This document shows, one piece after another, positions 24,895-38,780 of a stretch of DNA of 64,000 nt. The position numbers and the translations under genes are program-made. The notes under the pieces were generated by a model that did not search any database, was not told where the DNA came from, and saw only the letters and a list, made by a program, of their open reading frames with translations. Each line of letters opens with the position of its first letter. Position 1 is the first letter of the stretch. Origin of the DNA: Octopus sinensis (taxonomy: Eukaryota); assembly GCF_006345805.1 (NCBI RefSeq), contig NC_043016.1, forward strand, positions 2,294,001 to 2,358,000, written 5' to 3'.

Positions 24895-27325
24895 TTATTT
24901 ATCAAGAAATTTATTATATAAGTAAAGTAACTTGTGTCTGCATTTTATTTTGCGCTCATCACAGATATTCAGTAAATTATCATGCTTATAAAATTAAATT
25001 TCCTTAAACTCATTAGAACATAAATAACAAAAATTCGCTCCTATACTATATGATTTAGTTTTACTAATTATTTCCCAAGATAAATTATAATTAATATTTT
25101 GGGATTTAAGTCTCCAAATGTTCTTGCTAAGTGCAGTGGAGTTAATTAAGTTTTTATTTTTAAATGAATTCATATGTTGTGTGATTCTTAATTTTATTTT
25201 AGAGGAAGTGGACCCTATATATATCGCATTTGAGTTATCATTATTATTATTATTATTCTTATCATGTAATGTAACTATACATTTATACACTACATCGTTA
25301 ATATCACATTTATTATTTAATTTACATTTAGTTTTATCTCTACATGTACAGTTGATTAGTGTCTTGTCTTTATTATTGGTATTATTATATAATTTATTTT
25401 TATAAAAATTATTCAGTTTAAATTTGTTAAAAGAAATAATGCTCCCTACACTATTAGTGGTGGAATAACCTACTCCAAAATTATTACTAGAGAAAATGTT
25501 TTTATATTTACGATTATCTCGAATAAATAGTTCAATAATATCTAAAATCTCTTTAATAATGTTCGTTTTAACTTGAGCACCATAAGGAACTATAACCAAA
25601 TTTTATTCTTATTTTCCTTCTTATTATTAAAACTGTCATTATTATTGTTATTATTATATTTCTTTATCATATTAATATTATTATTATCAGATTTATATTT
25701 ATAATTAACATTTAAAGAATTATTAAAGTTATTAATTTTATTTTAATTTTTATTCTTATTTTTATTTATATTATTTTTATTTTTATAATTTCTAATATTA
25801 TTACCACTATTACTAACAAAATTATTATAATTATTATTAATATTTTTATCTCTAATATTATTAGTTATATCTTTATCTTTATTTAAAAAAAAATTTGATA
25901 TTACTACTATAACCTGCCTCTCTAAGGGCCTCATTGTAATAAGGAGCATGTTTATTAAAAATCTCTAAATCATAAGAAAGTAATGATATACGTTTACTTA
26001 TATTATTAATCAACGATTTTTTAATTGATGGTGGGTGATTACTATTAACATTTATATATCTAAGGTTCTCATTAAGTTTATGATATGGTTGTGTTTTTAC
26101 CTGTAATTAGATTAAAATTAACATCTAAATAATTAACATTAAAATTTCCATTATATATAGTGATACTTAAACCATATCTTTTAAAGAAACTATAAAGTTT
26201 TTTCTTATATACTTCTAGGTTCCTATAAGTGCATTCTTAGTAATTAGTAGAAGGTCATCCCTATATAAACCACCCTCTATTTTTAAATTTTCTAATTGGA
26301 GTTCAGATAAAAGATAAATACCTACGAAATCCGTAGCTTGTGCAGAATCAGGTGCTCTCATAGGTATATCAAAAAAAATCCCTAGTATCTTTCCTGGCCC
26401 ATAATTTATTTTTATATTTAATAAACGATTTCCTAGCCATTTTAATTACATTAACTTCTTCAAATGTCATTCCCACTTTATTCATTGCAAAAATAAGGGC
26501 CTTATTAAACACAATTTCATTAATAGAAGAATAGTAATTATCTATATCTATTTGAATAAATTTATATCGATTTTTATCTTTAATATTATTAAACCAATTC
26601 AAAGTATTATCATTACTAAACCATAATTTTAAGTAATTAAGTTTATTTAATTTCTTAATATATTTATCTAAAATAAGTTTACTTAATTTACCAAGGTTAG
26701 ATTTACATGGAAAAATTAAACTTTAGGGTCTGAATAAAAATTATCTTTATGGTCTTTCAGAGTAATTCTAGGGTGCATAGGTACATAAGGTTCAGTTTTA
26801 TTATCCAATTCATAGTTTATCATTACTAATTTAGTGGCCTTATTAATATTATAAAGTTTACTATCTGGAACAATTTTATATTTTTTATTATTTCTTTCTC
26901 TAAAAGGTTATCATATAATTACATCCAATTTATAGATTCCTAGTTTTATCAGATTGTACAATAATACCATCCATATTTCTCATTTTTTAAATTCTAATTG
27001 CTAAATTTCTTAAATATTCATTATTTCTGTTTGGGTATTTATAAATTTAATGTTTTTCACCACCTTCCAAATATTATCTTCTAGTATTTGTAATTCTCTA
27101 TTAAATGGGGGTTCCTTTTTGGATTTAAAATTAGAGGTAAATTATCATTCATACTATCATTAAATTAGATATATTATAGTTATAATAGTAGCTTTCCATT
27201 TAATTCTAGAAACAAATCCTTAATATTATTAATAAGTTTCAAAATAAATTCCTTTCTAGAAGGTCTGGAATATCCTTCAATGATGAATTCCAAAATAGCG
27301 GTTCTATCTTACCTGTAAATTCCAT
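24895..27325 (-). pseudogene. Naiad PLE RT + GIY-YIG ORF, frameshifted
   Basis: Starts MEFTGKIEPLFWNSSLKDIP; includes WFNNIKDK...FIQIDIDNYYSSI, YRDD and the C-terminal endonuclease. Confidence 0.85.
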
Positions 27326-27392
27326 AATTTACGAAGTTGAGATATTACACTCAATATCGCGTAATTTATCAATATATTAATTAATAATAATA

Positions 27393-28529
27393 TAGGAAAT
27401 AAATCCAAACTTACAGAGAAAAATCAGATTTAGGATTAAATCCAATTTTATAGTAAAATTATATTATATTAAATTAGAGACAAAACCACTATTAAGCAAA
27501 TCATACAATGAAAAACTTAAGCCAATACATAAGATTAATAAATTTATATTATTTAAATATATATTAAATTATTAAAAAAGATAATTAATATAACACTACG
27601 ATCGTTTCATGGCTGTCCAATTCGTAAAAATTCGAGTTACAGTCATTCTTCAGGTGGTTTAAATATCTAAAATATAATCAATATTTTTTTTAAGATAAAA
27701 TAATAATATATAATATAATAATTTTACTTATAATAAACTCTATTATCAAATATGATTATATCCAAATCGACTATAATGTTAAATATTAATTTTAATTTAT
27801 AAGGTAGGAAACCCATAATCTAATATCAATATTAGTCTATATCTAATTACATAAATATTTAAAATGACTAATATATATAATTATCAATGAAAATATATAT
27901 ATAATATTATAATCAAGATCCAAAATAATCTCATAATAATTGTATATAAAAAAAACCTAATAAATTTAATTTTTCATATTTAAAGATGAAATAGCTAATT
28001 TCAAATACAAATAACTAACTTAAACGAACTTTCAGAAATCTTATGTAAAATACTTTTTAGAAATAATCAATTCTTTATAATAGTATCGAATAATACTATA
28101 AGTACTATAATATAATTATGAATGGGAATAATTATCGAATATAAATTTAAAGAAATAACTAAGTTATGCTATTAAATTAGACATGGCCTAGACCAATCTT
28201 TAGTCGAAACATATCTAAGTTTATCAAAAGTTTATCTAATTTAATTATAAATTTAAAACTACAATGAATACTATTAAAACATGTATATACAAAGCCTAAC
28301 TTAATACACCTAGTATGCTTGCTATCAAATAACAAATCTATCACTAAGAAGTATTTTACGAATAAACTTAAATTTAATATCTAATAATATAGAAAATTAC
28401 GATAATTAGATCATTACATAAACAACGATATTTACATAAGGAGAATATTATTACTACAAAGGCTTATACAATATTAAAATTTACAATTTGAAGATCTTAA
28501 ATAAATACATACTTAACTTGGCGAGGTTT
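27393..28529 (-). repeat. PLE pseudo-LTR (5' copy)
   Basis: Near-identical to 22500-23633. Confidence 0.9.
27594..27656 (-). ncRNA. Minimal type I hammerhead ribozyme in the pLTR
   Basis: Same sequence as the motif at 22701-22763. Confidence 0.75.
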
Positions 28530-28647
28530 GTATATTATATATATATATATTGATAAAACGGTAAGATATACAAAAGAAAGAAAGAGACCTCAATATTATG
28601 TAAATAGAGGAAATTTATCTATACAATATGTTTACATTAAATAGCCA

Positions 28648-28708
28648 GATAACCGAAGAGATGGTGTTGTGGATTTCCACTTCGGCATCTGAAACTCAGA
28701 GTTTTATC
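28648..28708 (+). ncRNA. Candidate hammerhead-like motif (variant core)
   Basis: GATAA-CCGAAGA-GATG...CATC-T-GAAA-CTCAGAG-TT-TTATC. Confidence 0.45.
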
Positions 28709-28735
28709 TTGACTACCGAGTATGTACATAAAAAT

Positions 28736-28780
<45 letters not shown>

Positions 28781-28799
28781 GTATGTATCTCTCTCTCTC

Positions 28800-28852
<53 letters not shown>

Positions 28853-28861
28853 AATTATTAT

Positions 28862-29105
28862 TTGAAGGAAAAAATCCAAACTTACAAGGAAAAAAATTCA
28901 ATTTAGAAATACTAAATCAAATTCATCATTTACATAATATATATATAAAAAATTAGAAAAAACAACCCTTTATCAATTCAAAATGAACAATTAAATTACA
29001 CCATCTAGAAAATTACATATAATAGAAAAATTAAAGTTAAAATAACAATAAAAAATTAAAAGATTAAGTAAATTGGAAAACATAATAATAAAAACGTTTC
29101 TAATT
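28862..29105 (-). mobile_element. Diverged PLE terminal fragment
   Basis: GGAAAAAATCCAAACTTACAAGGAAAAA resembles the pLTR terminus GGAATAAATCCAAACTTACAGGGAAAAA. Confidence 0.5.
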
Positions 29106-29124
29106 TTATATATATATATATATA

Positions 29125-30701
29125 CAGTTGCGGCCAAAATGTTCAGAACGGCATTGTTTTCGCCAGAAAAGTAGGTATAAGTTTTTATCAAAGTTGTTGT
29201 ATATTCTATAATGTTCACAGACAATAAATACGATATTATTTGTTATTGTCTGAGATTTCAGTGTAATTTGAGAGGATAATACAAAAGTTATGGATGATTT
29301 AGTGATTTACTGCAAAACCATGGTTTTTACTCCATGTTTTAGTATATTTAACCGGCGAACTCTAATGTTTTGAATTTGGTTTCGTGACGGTTCGTTTACT
29401 AAACACTAGTAAGGATATCTGCAGTGTACTTTGTTAATATAATGCCACTTACTCCGTTATCAATTCGTCAGCAGATTATTAAGCTTCGAAAGAAGGGTAA
29501 TTTAAGTATTGGGTCTATTGCAAAGATTGTTAACAAGTCAAAAAGTGTTGTTCACGGTATTCTTAAGGTCTTCGATGATTGTGGTTCGTGTGAAGCAACA
29601 AAGTCTACAGATATGCCAAGAAAAACGACCAAGAGAGAAGATCGTGCTATGGTAAATTTGGCTAAAAAGGACAGATTTAAAATTGCTGCTGCTGTTTCTC
29701 GAGAAATGAGCATTGTACTGAAGAAAACGTTATCTCGAAAAACTTGTCTCATCGTTTAGTTGAACATAACCTACAAGCAAGATCACCAGCAGTGAAGCCA
29801 CTGATCAGCTCCAAAAATAAAAAGTGTCGTCTTATCGTTGCAACCGAACATGTGTTGTGGTCTCAAGAAAAATGGCAAACGGTGCATTTCAGTGATGAAT
29901 CTAGGTTTATGTTATTTGGTTCGTTGAAAAGTAGGTGAAAAATTGTCGCCTAAATGCCTTAAGACTAGTGTTAAATTCGGTAGAGGAAGTGTCATGGTTT
30001 GGGGGATGATATCTGGAGATGGTGTGGGCTCTTTGGTGCGATTATAAGGAAAGGTAAATGCAGGAGTTTATAAACAACTTGTAAAAGATCATGTCTTGCC
30101 TGTGCTGAGAAATTCAACTAAGCGACCACCCATATTCATGCAGGACAATGCCCCATGTCACAAGGCTAAGGTGGTCATGAACTTCCTCAAGGCTGAAAAG
30201 GTTACTGTTATGGATTGGCCTGCTCAAAGCCCAGATCTCAATCCTATTGAAAATGTGTGGAATATTCTAGGAGAACGTTCGAAAGCCAGAAATCCTAAAA
30301 CAACCGAGCATTATGGAATGCCCTTCAGAAGAATGGAATAAGATCACCTAGCAAGAAATTGAAAATTTAATTTCCTCATGCAGTCGAAGATGTCAAAGTG
30401 TGATTGAAGCTAAAGGGCTTCATACTAATATTAAATAATTCCAGTATTCTCTGCCATTTTTGATTATTTTGTTATTTTTTCAACCGTTCTGATCATTTTG
30501 GCCGCCATGGGTTTTGCAGTAAATCACTAAATCCATAACATTTGTATTATCCCCTCAAATTACACCAAAATCCCAGACAATAACAGTTAATATCGTATTT
30601 ATTGTGTGTGAAAATTATAGAATATAAAACAACTGTAATAAAAACTTATACCTACTTTTCTGGCGAAAACAATGCCATTCTGAACATTTTGGCCGCAGCT
30701 G
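29125..30701 (+). mobile_element. Tc1-family DNA transposon with about 200-bp TIRs and TA target duplication
   Basis: TA-CAGTTGCGGCCAAAATGTTCAGAA...TTCTGAACATTTTGGCCGCAGCTG-TA. Confidence 0.95.
29442..30434 (+). pseudogene. Tc1 DD34E transposase, frameshifted
   Basis: HTH N-terminus; FSDES; QDNAPCH...SPDLNPIE with 34 residues between D and E. Confidence 0.92.
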
Positions 30702-30875
30702 TAAATGTGTGAAACGAAGCTACCATACACTGTAAACTCCCTATGCATTTTAAACCATTTCCGGAAATAAAATATGCATATATGGAAGCATGTATATAAA
30801 TGCATATTTATACATACACACCCAGATATATATTTCTGCCGCAATCCTATTTCATCCGTGTGTGTGTGTGTGTGT

Positions 30876-30927
<52 letters not shown>

Positions 30928-31544
30928 CGTGTGTGCTTGCGTGTGCGTGTGTTAGATTGATGACAAATGAATTCAACTGAAAACAAATATCGAAAATTAA
31001 ACGAACAAAAATCAAATAAGAAACAAACAAGCAAGCAAACAAACAGCTACAACAGCTGCGGTGTGAGTCAGGAGATGAGTGAACGTGCAGGGATTTGTGA
31101 GAGACAATTCTTACAGAAAATTGTGAAACTCTGAAAACATCACTTTCTTTCACACACACACACACACACACAAACACACAGACACACACACATACACACA
31201 CACAGAGACACACACACACACACACACACACACCCAAACACACCACACAGACACACACACACACAACATTATGAAGGTTTTGTTACACACACAAACACAT
31301 TCTCTTGCTCTGTGTACACTGCTTGTGAGAATATATCGTTTTAACCACTGGCATAATTAACTATGAGAAGCTATTTTGTTCGGTATTATTATTTCTGCTA
31401 TGTGGTGGCTAATTGACGGGAGTGTTAGAATGTTGTATAAAGTTCCTTGCGGTATTTGATCTGACTCTTTGTGCTATGAGTTCGAATCCCACTGAAATCA
31501 ACTTTACCATTCGTCATCAATAAATAAAATATCAGGGAAGACTG

Positions 31545-31850
31545 CGACCTGGCAGAAACGTTAGTACGCCGGGCGAAATGCTTAGCGGTATTTCGCCCAT
31601 GGCTACGTTCTGAGTTCAAAATCCGCCGAGGTCTTTGCCTTTCATCCTTTCGGAGTCGATTAAATAAGTACCAGTTACGCACTGGGGTCGATATAATCGA
31701 CTTAATCCGTTTGTTTGTCTTTGTTTGTCCTCTCTATGTTTAGCCCCTCGTGGGTAGTAAAGAAATAGGTATTTCGTCTGCCGCTACGTTCTGAGTTCAA
31801 ATTCCGCCAAATTCGACTTTGCCTTTTACCCTTTCGGGGTCGATAAATTA
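31545..31850 (+). mobile_element. SINE family B (Nin/Deu-domain-like) with partial tandem duplication
   Basis: CTGGCAGAAACGTTAG...GTTCAAAATCC...GCCTTTCATCCTTTCGGAGTCGAT; the core is repeated at about 31768-31850. Confidence 0.75.
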
Positions 31851-32538
31851 GAGTAGAAAAGAATAAATAAAATATTAGTCAAGGCGGAAGTTCTATTCTC
31901 TCTTGCTTTATGTTTCTGTGTATCTGTCCCTTTCGGAATGTTCGTTGAATGAAGTACCCACAGCGCGGCCTTCAACCATTTTCCCAGCCATTCTTCTCCA
32001 AACATTCTTTCTTCTCAAGTCTTCAGGTTTCTCTATTTAGATGTTGTTCCCCCCCCCCCCACCCCGCTTTCAACTATAAATATACACAACAGAGGTGCAA
32101 TTTACTCGAAGCATTGCAGAATATATATTAGAGAAAGTCTCCTTCATAAACTAAAATATATTGAGTGTACAAGAGCGGTGAATGGTAAAGAATCGCCTTG
32201 AATTCCTTACAGTCTTACATTGCGAGATCTAATCCCATAGGGTTCGACTTAGTTTGTCATCCCTTTGGGGACGATAAATCAACGACCAGTAAGTAGAGTA
32301 CTGGAGGTTTCATACAGTCAACAATAATTCTTCCTTTGCAAAAATTCGTCATTGTGTCTAGTCAAAAAGAAATCTAATATTATAAACATAAAATATACAT
32401 TTCCCTCGACCTCCAGAATATTGAACCGGCAGTCACAGTTCCTAGGTCGCTGTATCTATCCCTTGGTACGAAAAGAGTCGATAACGTTAATTTAAAAAAA
32501 ATATTAGGTCTGAGGGTAAAACCGGATATATATATATA

Positions 32539-32594
<56 letters not shown>

Positions 32595-33110
32595 ATGTGT
32601 GTGTGTGTTGTATATTATATATACATGTATTTATATATATGTAATATATATGTATGCATGTATATATATGCATCTATATACATGTAATATATATATATGC
32701 TTACGTATGTATGTATGTAATGTATGTATGTAATGTATGTATGTATGTATGGTTGTATATGTGTGTGTGTGTGTTTGTGTATGTGTGTGCGTGCATGAAT
32801 ATGTAAGCATGTGTTTATTTTGTATTTCCTTTCATAAATTACATTTAACAATTCAGAGCCATAACAGATGCGTGAACTGCAATCCATATATATGAATAGA
32901 ATGTCACTTTCAAAATTTTAAATTCTCAATATGCTTGTTCAATAATCATTGAGTCAACAATATGTCGGTTCTGACCGACATTTTTGAAATTCAAGTTTTT
33001 TTTTTCTTTTTACTACTCTCTCTCTCTCTCTTTCTGTGTGTGTATCTCTCTCTGTCTCTGTGTGTGTCTGTCTATTTCTTTCTCTGTGTGTGTCTCTCTC
33101 TCTTTCTTTG

Positions 33111-33151
<41 letters not shown>

Positions 33152-33699
33152 TCTGCAAGATGTTTCTGTGCACTTCGACCCTGCTGTAACACGAAAAATA
33201 ATAGTTCAACAGATTAACGTCTGGGGAATTTGGCAAGCATTAATTACGTCCTGTTTTAAAGATTAATAAAAAAGTAAAAAAAAAAAAATCAAATCGAAAT
33301 ACAATAAAATAAATCATAACTACATAAATATATAAATAAGTAAAACCTGAAAACTTAAAACTTCGTTAGAAAAACTATGCTTACTGATTCTTTGTCGACT
33401 GCAAATATTTCATGTATTTAGCTAAAAGGAATTCTTGTCTGTGACGTTTAAAGAGATTTAGAAAACCTGAATATAGATATAAATTAAGTTGCCTATTTTC
33501 AGTACAAGCCAACGAAGCTTCTCTTTTACACAGTTATTTACAGATCAACCTTAAGCAATTTCGACTTGTTGCAACAGTAAAACCTTCGTAACTGATGTAT
33601 TAACGTTAGCGACACTAAGACGATACATACGACGTCGTTGTCATGTGTAATGTGTAATGAACTTATTTTCTCATTTTGGTCGGAAACCTTATATCTTTC

Positions 33700-33845
33700 A
33701 GGCGTTGCTGTGTGACAAGAAGTTTGCTTCCTAACATCATAGTTCCGGGTTCAGACCCACGACCTAACGCTTTGGGTAGCGGTCTTCTCCTGGATGACTA
33801 AAGCCTTGTGAGCGGATTAGGTGGACGGTAACTGAAAGAGGTCCA
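33700..33845 (+). mobile_element. SINE family A, degenerate 5' part
   Basis: GTTCCGGGTTCAGACCCAC...AAAGCCTTGTGAGCGGATT. Confidence 0.6.
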
Positions 33846-33853
33846 TAGAATAC

Positions 33854-34490
<637 letters not shown>

Positions 34491-34496
34491 TTATCT

Positions 34497-34591
<95 letters not shown>

Positions 34592-34617
34592 GCATCTATC
34601 TTCTATCTAGCCATCTA

Positions 34618-35026
34618 TGAAAACAGAGGGTTACCCACTTGCAACAAATGTGGTGACATATACAATATTGACCGAGGTTACCGTGGTCATTTTCGTAGGC
34701 TTTTCTTCCCACGATAAACCATCATCCTTCCCCCTTTACACCGTACATCATGACACTGTGATACACGATCCCATTGATCGTTTTTTTATCTTCCCCTTTT
34801 CCTCTTTTTCCTCTTTTTTTTCTTCTTTTTTGCTTTTTCTTTCCTTTTGTTTCTTTTTTTCTCCTTTCTTTCTTTTTCCCCCCTTTCACGATCCCTTTTG
34901 ATCGAAAACCTACGCCACTTTTTTTTGTTTCCTTTGTTTTTTGTTTTTTTTTCATCCCCCAAAAGAAAAGCTCTACCTTGTAATTTGTCCCATCTGTGTG
35001 CAGCCCTGTGTGGCCAATAAAGAAAC
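34618..35026 (+). mobile_element. Tx1-type LINE 3' UTR fragment, flanked by (CTAT)n
   Basis: Same 3' UTR and terminus as 33951-34490. Confidence 0.88.
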
Positions 35027-35073
<47 letters not shown>

Positions 35074-35076
35074 ATC

Positions 35077-35139
<63 letters not shown>

Positions 35140-35156
35140 CTCTCTCTATCTATCTA

Positions 35157-35221
<65 letters not shown>

Positions 35222-35909
35222 GAGTGTTTTTGTGTTTGCCCCCACCACCGTTTGACGACCGGTATTGGTTTCTTTACGTCACCATAATTTAGCGATTCGG
35301 CAAAAAGAAACTGATATAATAAGTACCAAACTTAAAAATAAGTACTGGGTTCGATTCGTTCAACTAAACCCTTCAAGGTGGTGAGGCGGTGCTCCAGCAT
35401 GGTTGCAGTCCAGCGAGTGAATCAAGTAAAGAAGGATAAATTAAGGCCTATCCGAGTGGTAGGATCAAGGGAGTAATTTACGCTCTACCAGAAACCAGTC
35501 AAAATTATTTGCAACGGAATAAATTTCACTAAAGGCACCAAAATCCTTATGTCGGTGTGAAATTGGGTGACGATTTTAAGTTTACCACTCAGGAAATAAA
35601 TGCATAGAACCGGAGAAACACCTCAACTTATCTCATTCAACGTGCTATCGATTCTGCTAATCAATCACTCCAAATTGGTATTTTACTGATCTAGGAATAA
35701 AACAAAGTAAAATTTAGCTTGAGATTTGAACTCAGAACGTAATGAGTTTGAATAAATACTGGGGCGTAGTTGTGTTCGACACAATAATGACCCAACCTAT
35801 TCGCCGTCTATAAAAACTTTTGTGACGTAACCTCTACTAAAGATACACCATTATTGTTTGGTTAATACGGAGAATAGAGAGCGTTGTATTAGCTACTATA
35901 ATACAATAT

Positions 35910-36072
35910 AGGCGTAAGAGTAGCTGTGTGGTAAGTAGCTTGCTTACCAACCACATGGTTCCGGGTTCAGTTCCACTGTATGGCACCTTGGGCAAGTGTC
36001 TTCTACTATAGCCTCGGGCCGACCAAAGCCTTTTGGGTGGATTTGGTAGACAGAAACTGAAAGAAGCCCGTC

Positions 36073-36107
<35 letters not shown>

Positions 36108-36111
36108 GTGG

Positions 36112-36142
<31 letters not shown>

Positions 36143-36350
36143 GTGTGTATGTTTGTGTGTCTGTGCTGCTTGTCCTCCCAACATTGCTGGTGTGTTTAGG
36201 GTCCCCGTAACTTAGCGGTTCGGCAAAAGATACCGATAGAATAAGTACTAGGCTTACAAAGAATAAGTCCTAGGGTCGATTTGCTCGACTGAAGGCGGTG
36301 CTCCAGCATGGCCAGTCAAATGACTGAAACATGTAAAAGAGTAAAAGAGT
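35910..36350 (+). mobile_element. SINE family A, full length
   Basis: A/B-box-like head (TGTGTGGTAAG; GGTTCAGTTCC), internal (TA)n(TG)n, GAGTAAAA tail. Confidence 0.9.
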
Positions 36351-36369
36351 ATGATATAATATCCTTTCT

Positions 36370-36515
36370 ACTATAGGCACAAGTCCTGAAATTAGAGGGC
36401 AGGGGATTAATCGATTACATGAACCCAAGTTGTCAGCTGGTACTTTATTTATCGATTACGAAAGGATGAAAGGCAAATTCAGCCTCGGCGGAGTTTGAAC
36501 TCAGAACCTAAAGAC
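36370..36515 (-). mobile_element. SINE family B fragment
   Basis: AAAGGATGAAAGGCAAATTCAGCCTCGGCGGAGTTTGAACTCAGAAC. Confidence 0.65.
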
Positions 36516-36828
36516 TGACAATATAAAGCATATGTATCATGACAGCTGAACATTCTTTATATTAAATTAATAAGGTTTACTTTATTCGAGAACAGGAGTT
36601 ATAGATTGTGGGGAACTATTTTCTATTCTGCTGTTCAGTAGTTTAATTAAAAAGGAACATGAATAGAATTAATTTTACCAGTCTACGAAAGTCTGCGAAA
36701 GTTATGGACGCAGGCCCTTCGCTTAGATCTAGTCAGAAAAAATAAAAATTAATGGTTTTACATTAAAACAAGTTGTCAGAAAGTTTAAATTAGAATACTT
36801 TTCTCATGATGTTCTCTTGATGTTCGAA

Positions 36829-36865
36829 GGCGCAGAAGTGGCTGTGTGGTAAGTAGCTTGCTTAC
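36829..36865 (+). mobile_element. SINE family A head, cut at the same site as the 3544/5885 copy
   Basis: GGCGCAGAAGTGGCTGTGTGGTAAGTAGCTTGCTTAC followed by unrelated sequence. Confidence 0.85.
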
Positions 36866-38510
36866 TTCCGGTTACTCAGAATGCAACACTAGTTGGTATA
36901 GACTGTTACAGTGACAAGATGTGAGTTTTTTGGGCTCCGTGAATGGGAGAAAGAACAAAAAGAAAAATTGTCAGTCATGGCTCGCTATAGCAAGCAAAAT
37001 ACTGGGTTCTCATCACCGTAACGGTGAATTGAGAATTTTTTCTTGAAAATTCTTTTTGTAAATTCTAGTGGGCGTATCTCGCCAGAAAACGTACAATTTT
37101 TCCGAACTGGAGTACTTCAAGAAATGCCATTTGGATTATCTTTTTGGAGTATTATACAAAGGATTCCCTGTCTGTGCTTTTGTGAGGTCTTTCTTTTACT
37201 TTTCCCTTCTATTTTTTCTTTCTTTCTAAATTTTGCCCCATTCTTTTCATTACTTTAATTTCAGTTTCCTCCCCTCCTCTTTTATTTTGTTTTCCTTTTA
37301 TTCGTTTAATTTTTTGGCAGACTTTCTTTGGACTACTTTTGAAACTTTTTTGGACATGGCAGAGAAGAACTTAAAAAGAAAAAAATTGTCTTAAGTGGGA
37401 ATTAACCCGCCTAAGCAGTGGTTAAAGATATGGAGGAGAAGACGATGATACTTAGAACTTTTTCTAAAGTTCTTAATTCAATCACCGTCTTCCAAAAAAA
37501 GTCATAAAAATGAACTTAAAGAATATTGTCCTCTTTAAAATATATATCCCGTGGTGTCAAACATGCAACCGTATGGTTGCTGTTTGACAACGGGGTAAAG
37601 TCTCGCCAGTTTGCGAGTCAGCCTTTAGAAGGCAAGGAAATTCTTTTCCCCTCCGTTATATTGTGGGAGAAAATTAATACGAGCCTGAGTATGTGGGTCA
37701 CCTCCAGGCACCGAAGCGGATTGGATTGAAGATACCATCCGACGGGGACTGGGGGATGGCGGGCCCAGGCTCTTAAATGTAAGGGTATTGCCGGCGGTCG
37801 ATTGGGAAGGGCCAAAAGCGATTTTGACCCTGTGGACCCCATCGGCGCAACAGATCTGGTTTTTCCAGATTTCTTGAAAATGGCTGGCTGCAGGTATCCG
37901 GTGATACCTGAGGGACGTCCCCGAAGTGTCACTCGTGCCTGCAGCCAGGCCACATTAAAAGGAACTGCCCCCAGGACCATGGTAAGGTCCTGGAACAGTC
38001 ACTAGATGCCACCTTCACTACCCGGTCAAAGGGAGAGGTGGATGAGAACGAGGAGGCTGAAGCCTCCTCAACTCAAAAAGGATTAAAAATGAAGAAGGCA
38101 GGCAACAACAGTTGCCCACCGAAGGAACCTAAGGCTTCGGGCGGCGGAGGAGAGTCTCCGGACAAAGCGGAAGAGCTCCACTCTCCCGAAGTCATGAGAA
38201 AAAGAAAAAAAAGAAGGAAGAAGAACGGGTCATATCAACGGGAGAGATGTGCCGTATGCATGTCCCGGATTTGTGCCACCCACGGTGGAAGAAACCACCC
38301 CCCACCCTCAAGATGATCAATCATTACTTTTTCTATAGGGCGAGAGGTGGAAAAATAGTAGAACATAAAAGACAGAACATGCCCTTCACACGGGATTCCG
38401 AATGGTCTCCGCAATGGCTGTGGAGGTCATAAGGTTTCCCTTGTTGGAAAGGCTTAAAGGATTTGGGGAGGAGTGTCGCGGAGTTGGTAGAGCCTAGAGA
38501 TAATTTGAAC
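36866..38510 (+). mobile_element. Second ORF1-bearing (HAL1-like) element, 3'-truncated
   Basis: Decayed ORF1 from about 37356 (RGVKHATVWLLFD, DLVFPDFLKMAGCRY...EGR, zinc knuckle CHSCLQPGHIKRNC, YFFY..DSEWSPQ), homologous to 4132-5350. Confidence 0.7.
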
Positions 38511-38529
38511 ACGTCTAATTATGTTAATG

Positions 38530-38720
38530 TGTGGTTTAATCGTTAGTGTATTCGGCTCACGATCATAAGGTCGCGAGTTCGATTTCCGGCAGCGCGTTGT
38601 AAAAAGACACTTTATTTTACGTTGCTCCAGTTCACTGAACTGGCAAAAATGAATAGTACCTATAATTCAAAGTGCCAGCCTTGCCTCGTCCTGTGTCATG
38701 CGGAATCTCCTCGAGAACTG
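38530..38720 (+). mobile_element. tRNA-like SINE related to family C, degenerate
   Basis: GTGGTTTAATCGTTAG...GAGTTCGATTTCC...CCAGCCTTG...GAATCTCCTCGAGAACT. Confidence 0.55.
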
Positions 38721-38780
38721 CATTATTTTCTACTCAAGGTAAAAGGCCCGAAATTTTGGGGGAGGGAGCTAGTCGATTAG

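Larger units (their letters stand above)
22500..28529 (-). mobile_element. Penelope-like element, Naiad type, with about 1.13-kb direct terminal repeats (pseudo-LTRs)
   Basis: RT (APDSAQATD, YRDD), CxCx5C linker (CTCRDKTKC), GIY-YIG (VVYK...YIG), CYLC and CRH motifs; direct repeats at both ends; both ends abut (TA)n. Confidence 0.9.

Noticed and set aside
24895-25400. Selenocysteine-recoded Naiad endonuclease
   Set aside because: Some Naiads use in-frame UGA at Cys positions, but here the CxCx5C, CYLC and CRH cysteines are ordinary Cys codons in both copies.
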